A stretch of DNA of 64,000 bases. Origin: Geosiphon pyriformis uo1. Its lineage: Eukaryota; Fungi; Glomeromycota. Below are positions 62,533 through 64,000 of the stretch, in pieces. The translations under genes were made by a program, and so were the position numbers. Within the stretch, counting starts at the first letter, position 1; each line of letters begins with the position of its first letter. The notes beneath the pieces were generated by a model, which did not search any database, had not been told where the DNA came from, and saw only the letters and a list, made by a program, of their open reading frames with translations. The DNA is taken from positions 281,917-345,916 of the forward strand of contig JAAOMT010000094.1 of the NCBI GenBank assembly GCA_016748015.1, in the 5' to 3' direction.

Positions 62533-63666
62533 AAGTTCATGGTGTTCAATGAACGCTTATAATTTGAAATTGGTATAAAACCAGCACCATTTCACCCACG
62601 TTTTCGTTAAAAAACAAATTGAAATCTTCTGCGAGTTACTGCTGCTGATCACGCTTATCGCTGGTACTTCGCTCTACCATAAAACTCACAAGCAAGTCCG
62701 AACTATAACTCAAACGCTTTTTCAAGCGATAAAATCAAGGACAATTAAATCAAAATACCAGCTGCTCATTGAGCGGAAATATTTCTCAAGTTTGTGGGAA
62801 AGTCTTAACAAGTTGCTTGATAAAACGTCTGAGCTGGACTCAGTCTTATTTAACAAAGTGGTTATAAAATTCCACAAATCGCGCGAAAGAAAAAGCATTA
62901 TTGCTTTTATTCTAAAAGGCCTTCACCAACAAAAATTCTCGAGAAAAACAAGGGGGAATGAAGTTGAATATATTAATATTATTACCAATTATATGTAGCA
63001 TAGATTTTACTAGAGCGACCAAAGTATAGTAATGGCTTTGGGTCCGAGTATTTCCTCCCATGCAAAATTACTATACATACTTTGTATAAGAGAGTAATAA
63101 AGAGAATAGATTGTTATTGTAACTATTTTTTGCAATTCAAATTCAGTTATCCATTATCATACGACTCGTTACAATACACACGTAAAAAACAATTGCTACA
63201 CTTCCAAAAAAGAATTGCATTACGTAGTAGGAGCAGAATACAATACAACAATTAAACCATTTGTTAATTGTTCCATAACGTGATATGCAAAAATGTGTAT
63301 AAAAGAGATTTCCCTTTGTTTTCATTATCCTTTGTCTGACAAAAGCATGGAGGGTTCCCAATCTGCTTTGCCAAGTGTGCTGGATCCAGGTAACTATAGT
63401 TAATTCGGCGCTTCAATACGGAGAAATATCACATGATTGTGTAAGTAAAACATATAAACAGGGCTGAATTGGGTGGATGCAGATCGCGACTATTCCTTTT
63501 TATCTATCTTTCACTAACTTACGAAAAACATCTAGACATGGACGTCAATTCAAGGGGCAATTAAAAATCTAATTCTTGTCATTTTGATTATTTAATTTGG
63601 TCTAATTCTTTTTTGGTTGCCTCATCAGCACAATTATAATATTTTCTTTGGACATATTGATTTAAG

Positions 63667-63865
63667 TTCAATCAACATCCAGGGGATGCAAAAGTAATGG
63701 AGAAAATGTTCTTTGTTTGGAAATACGGTAAAGACTATCCCAGCGCAACCTTTGAACAATGTGATGCTGCATACAACGAATACAAAGACTTCTACGCTAA
63801 ATACCATCAAGACAACCCTGGCGCGACCACAAACTGCTATGAGGAATACCTCAAGACAAAGCAAG
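63667..63865 (+). CDS. Possible host coding exon of an unknown spliced gene
   Basis: Open frame FNQHPGDAKVMEKMFFVWKYGKDYPSATFEQCDAAYNEYKDFYAKYHQDNPGATTNCYEEYLKTKQ, bounded by TAAG| and AAG|GTAAGC. A nearby intron-like stretch 63441-63535 reads GTAAGT...CACTAAC...TAG. CpG is retained. Confidence 0.3.
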
Positions 63866-64000
63866 GTAAGCAATGAATACACGTTTATTGGAGGATAGAG
63901 GAGCAACGGGGAGAAGAGTTTGAATACTGTTACTGGTTTTGTGCTATATTGCAAGAGAGGCAGTTGGGCGTTATTAGTTGGGGCAGAGCTGAATCATAGC

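Overview
AT-rich eukaryotic DNA. It is most likely fungal: the peptide style resembles my recollection of Glomeromycotina such as Geosiphon, which is an inference, not a search result. About 62 kb is one nested stack of decayed retrotransposons that can be fully unpicked from LTR pairs and 4-bp TSDs. The base layer is a plus-strand RNase H-bearing LINE (1-517, 8290-9056, 60810-~61800). Two Ty3/Gypsy elements inserted into it: A (518-8285, minus) and B (9057-60805, minus). B hosts C (9242-29300, which hosts E at 18289-28566), D (32868-52871, which hosts F at 36312-46451) and two solo LTRs, G (56455-57292) and H (58571-59339). B-F share an unusual architecture: one gag-pol ORF with a long N-terminal extension and apparent GTG start, then capsid, CCHC knuckle, Q/P/Y-rich linker, protease, an unrecognised ~200-aa triple Cys/Zn module, dUTPase, RT, RNase H and integrase without chromodomain. 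All six full elements carry a homologous soluble ~220-260-aa ORF3 in the env position. B appears to be a recombinant (E-type R/U5-gag-pol with F-type ORF3-U3). The U5 ends fold back over a tRNA-type PBS that is not initiator-Met. Decay is almost all C>T/G>A transitions. After a 20-N gap, the last 1.5 kb retains CpG and may hold host exons.
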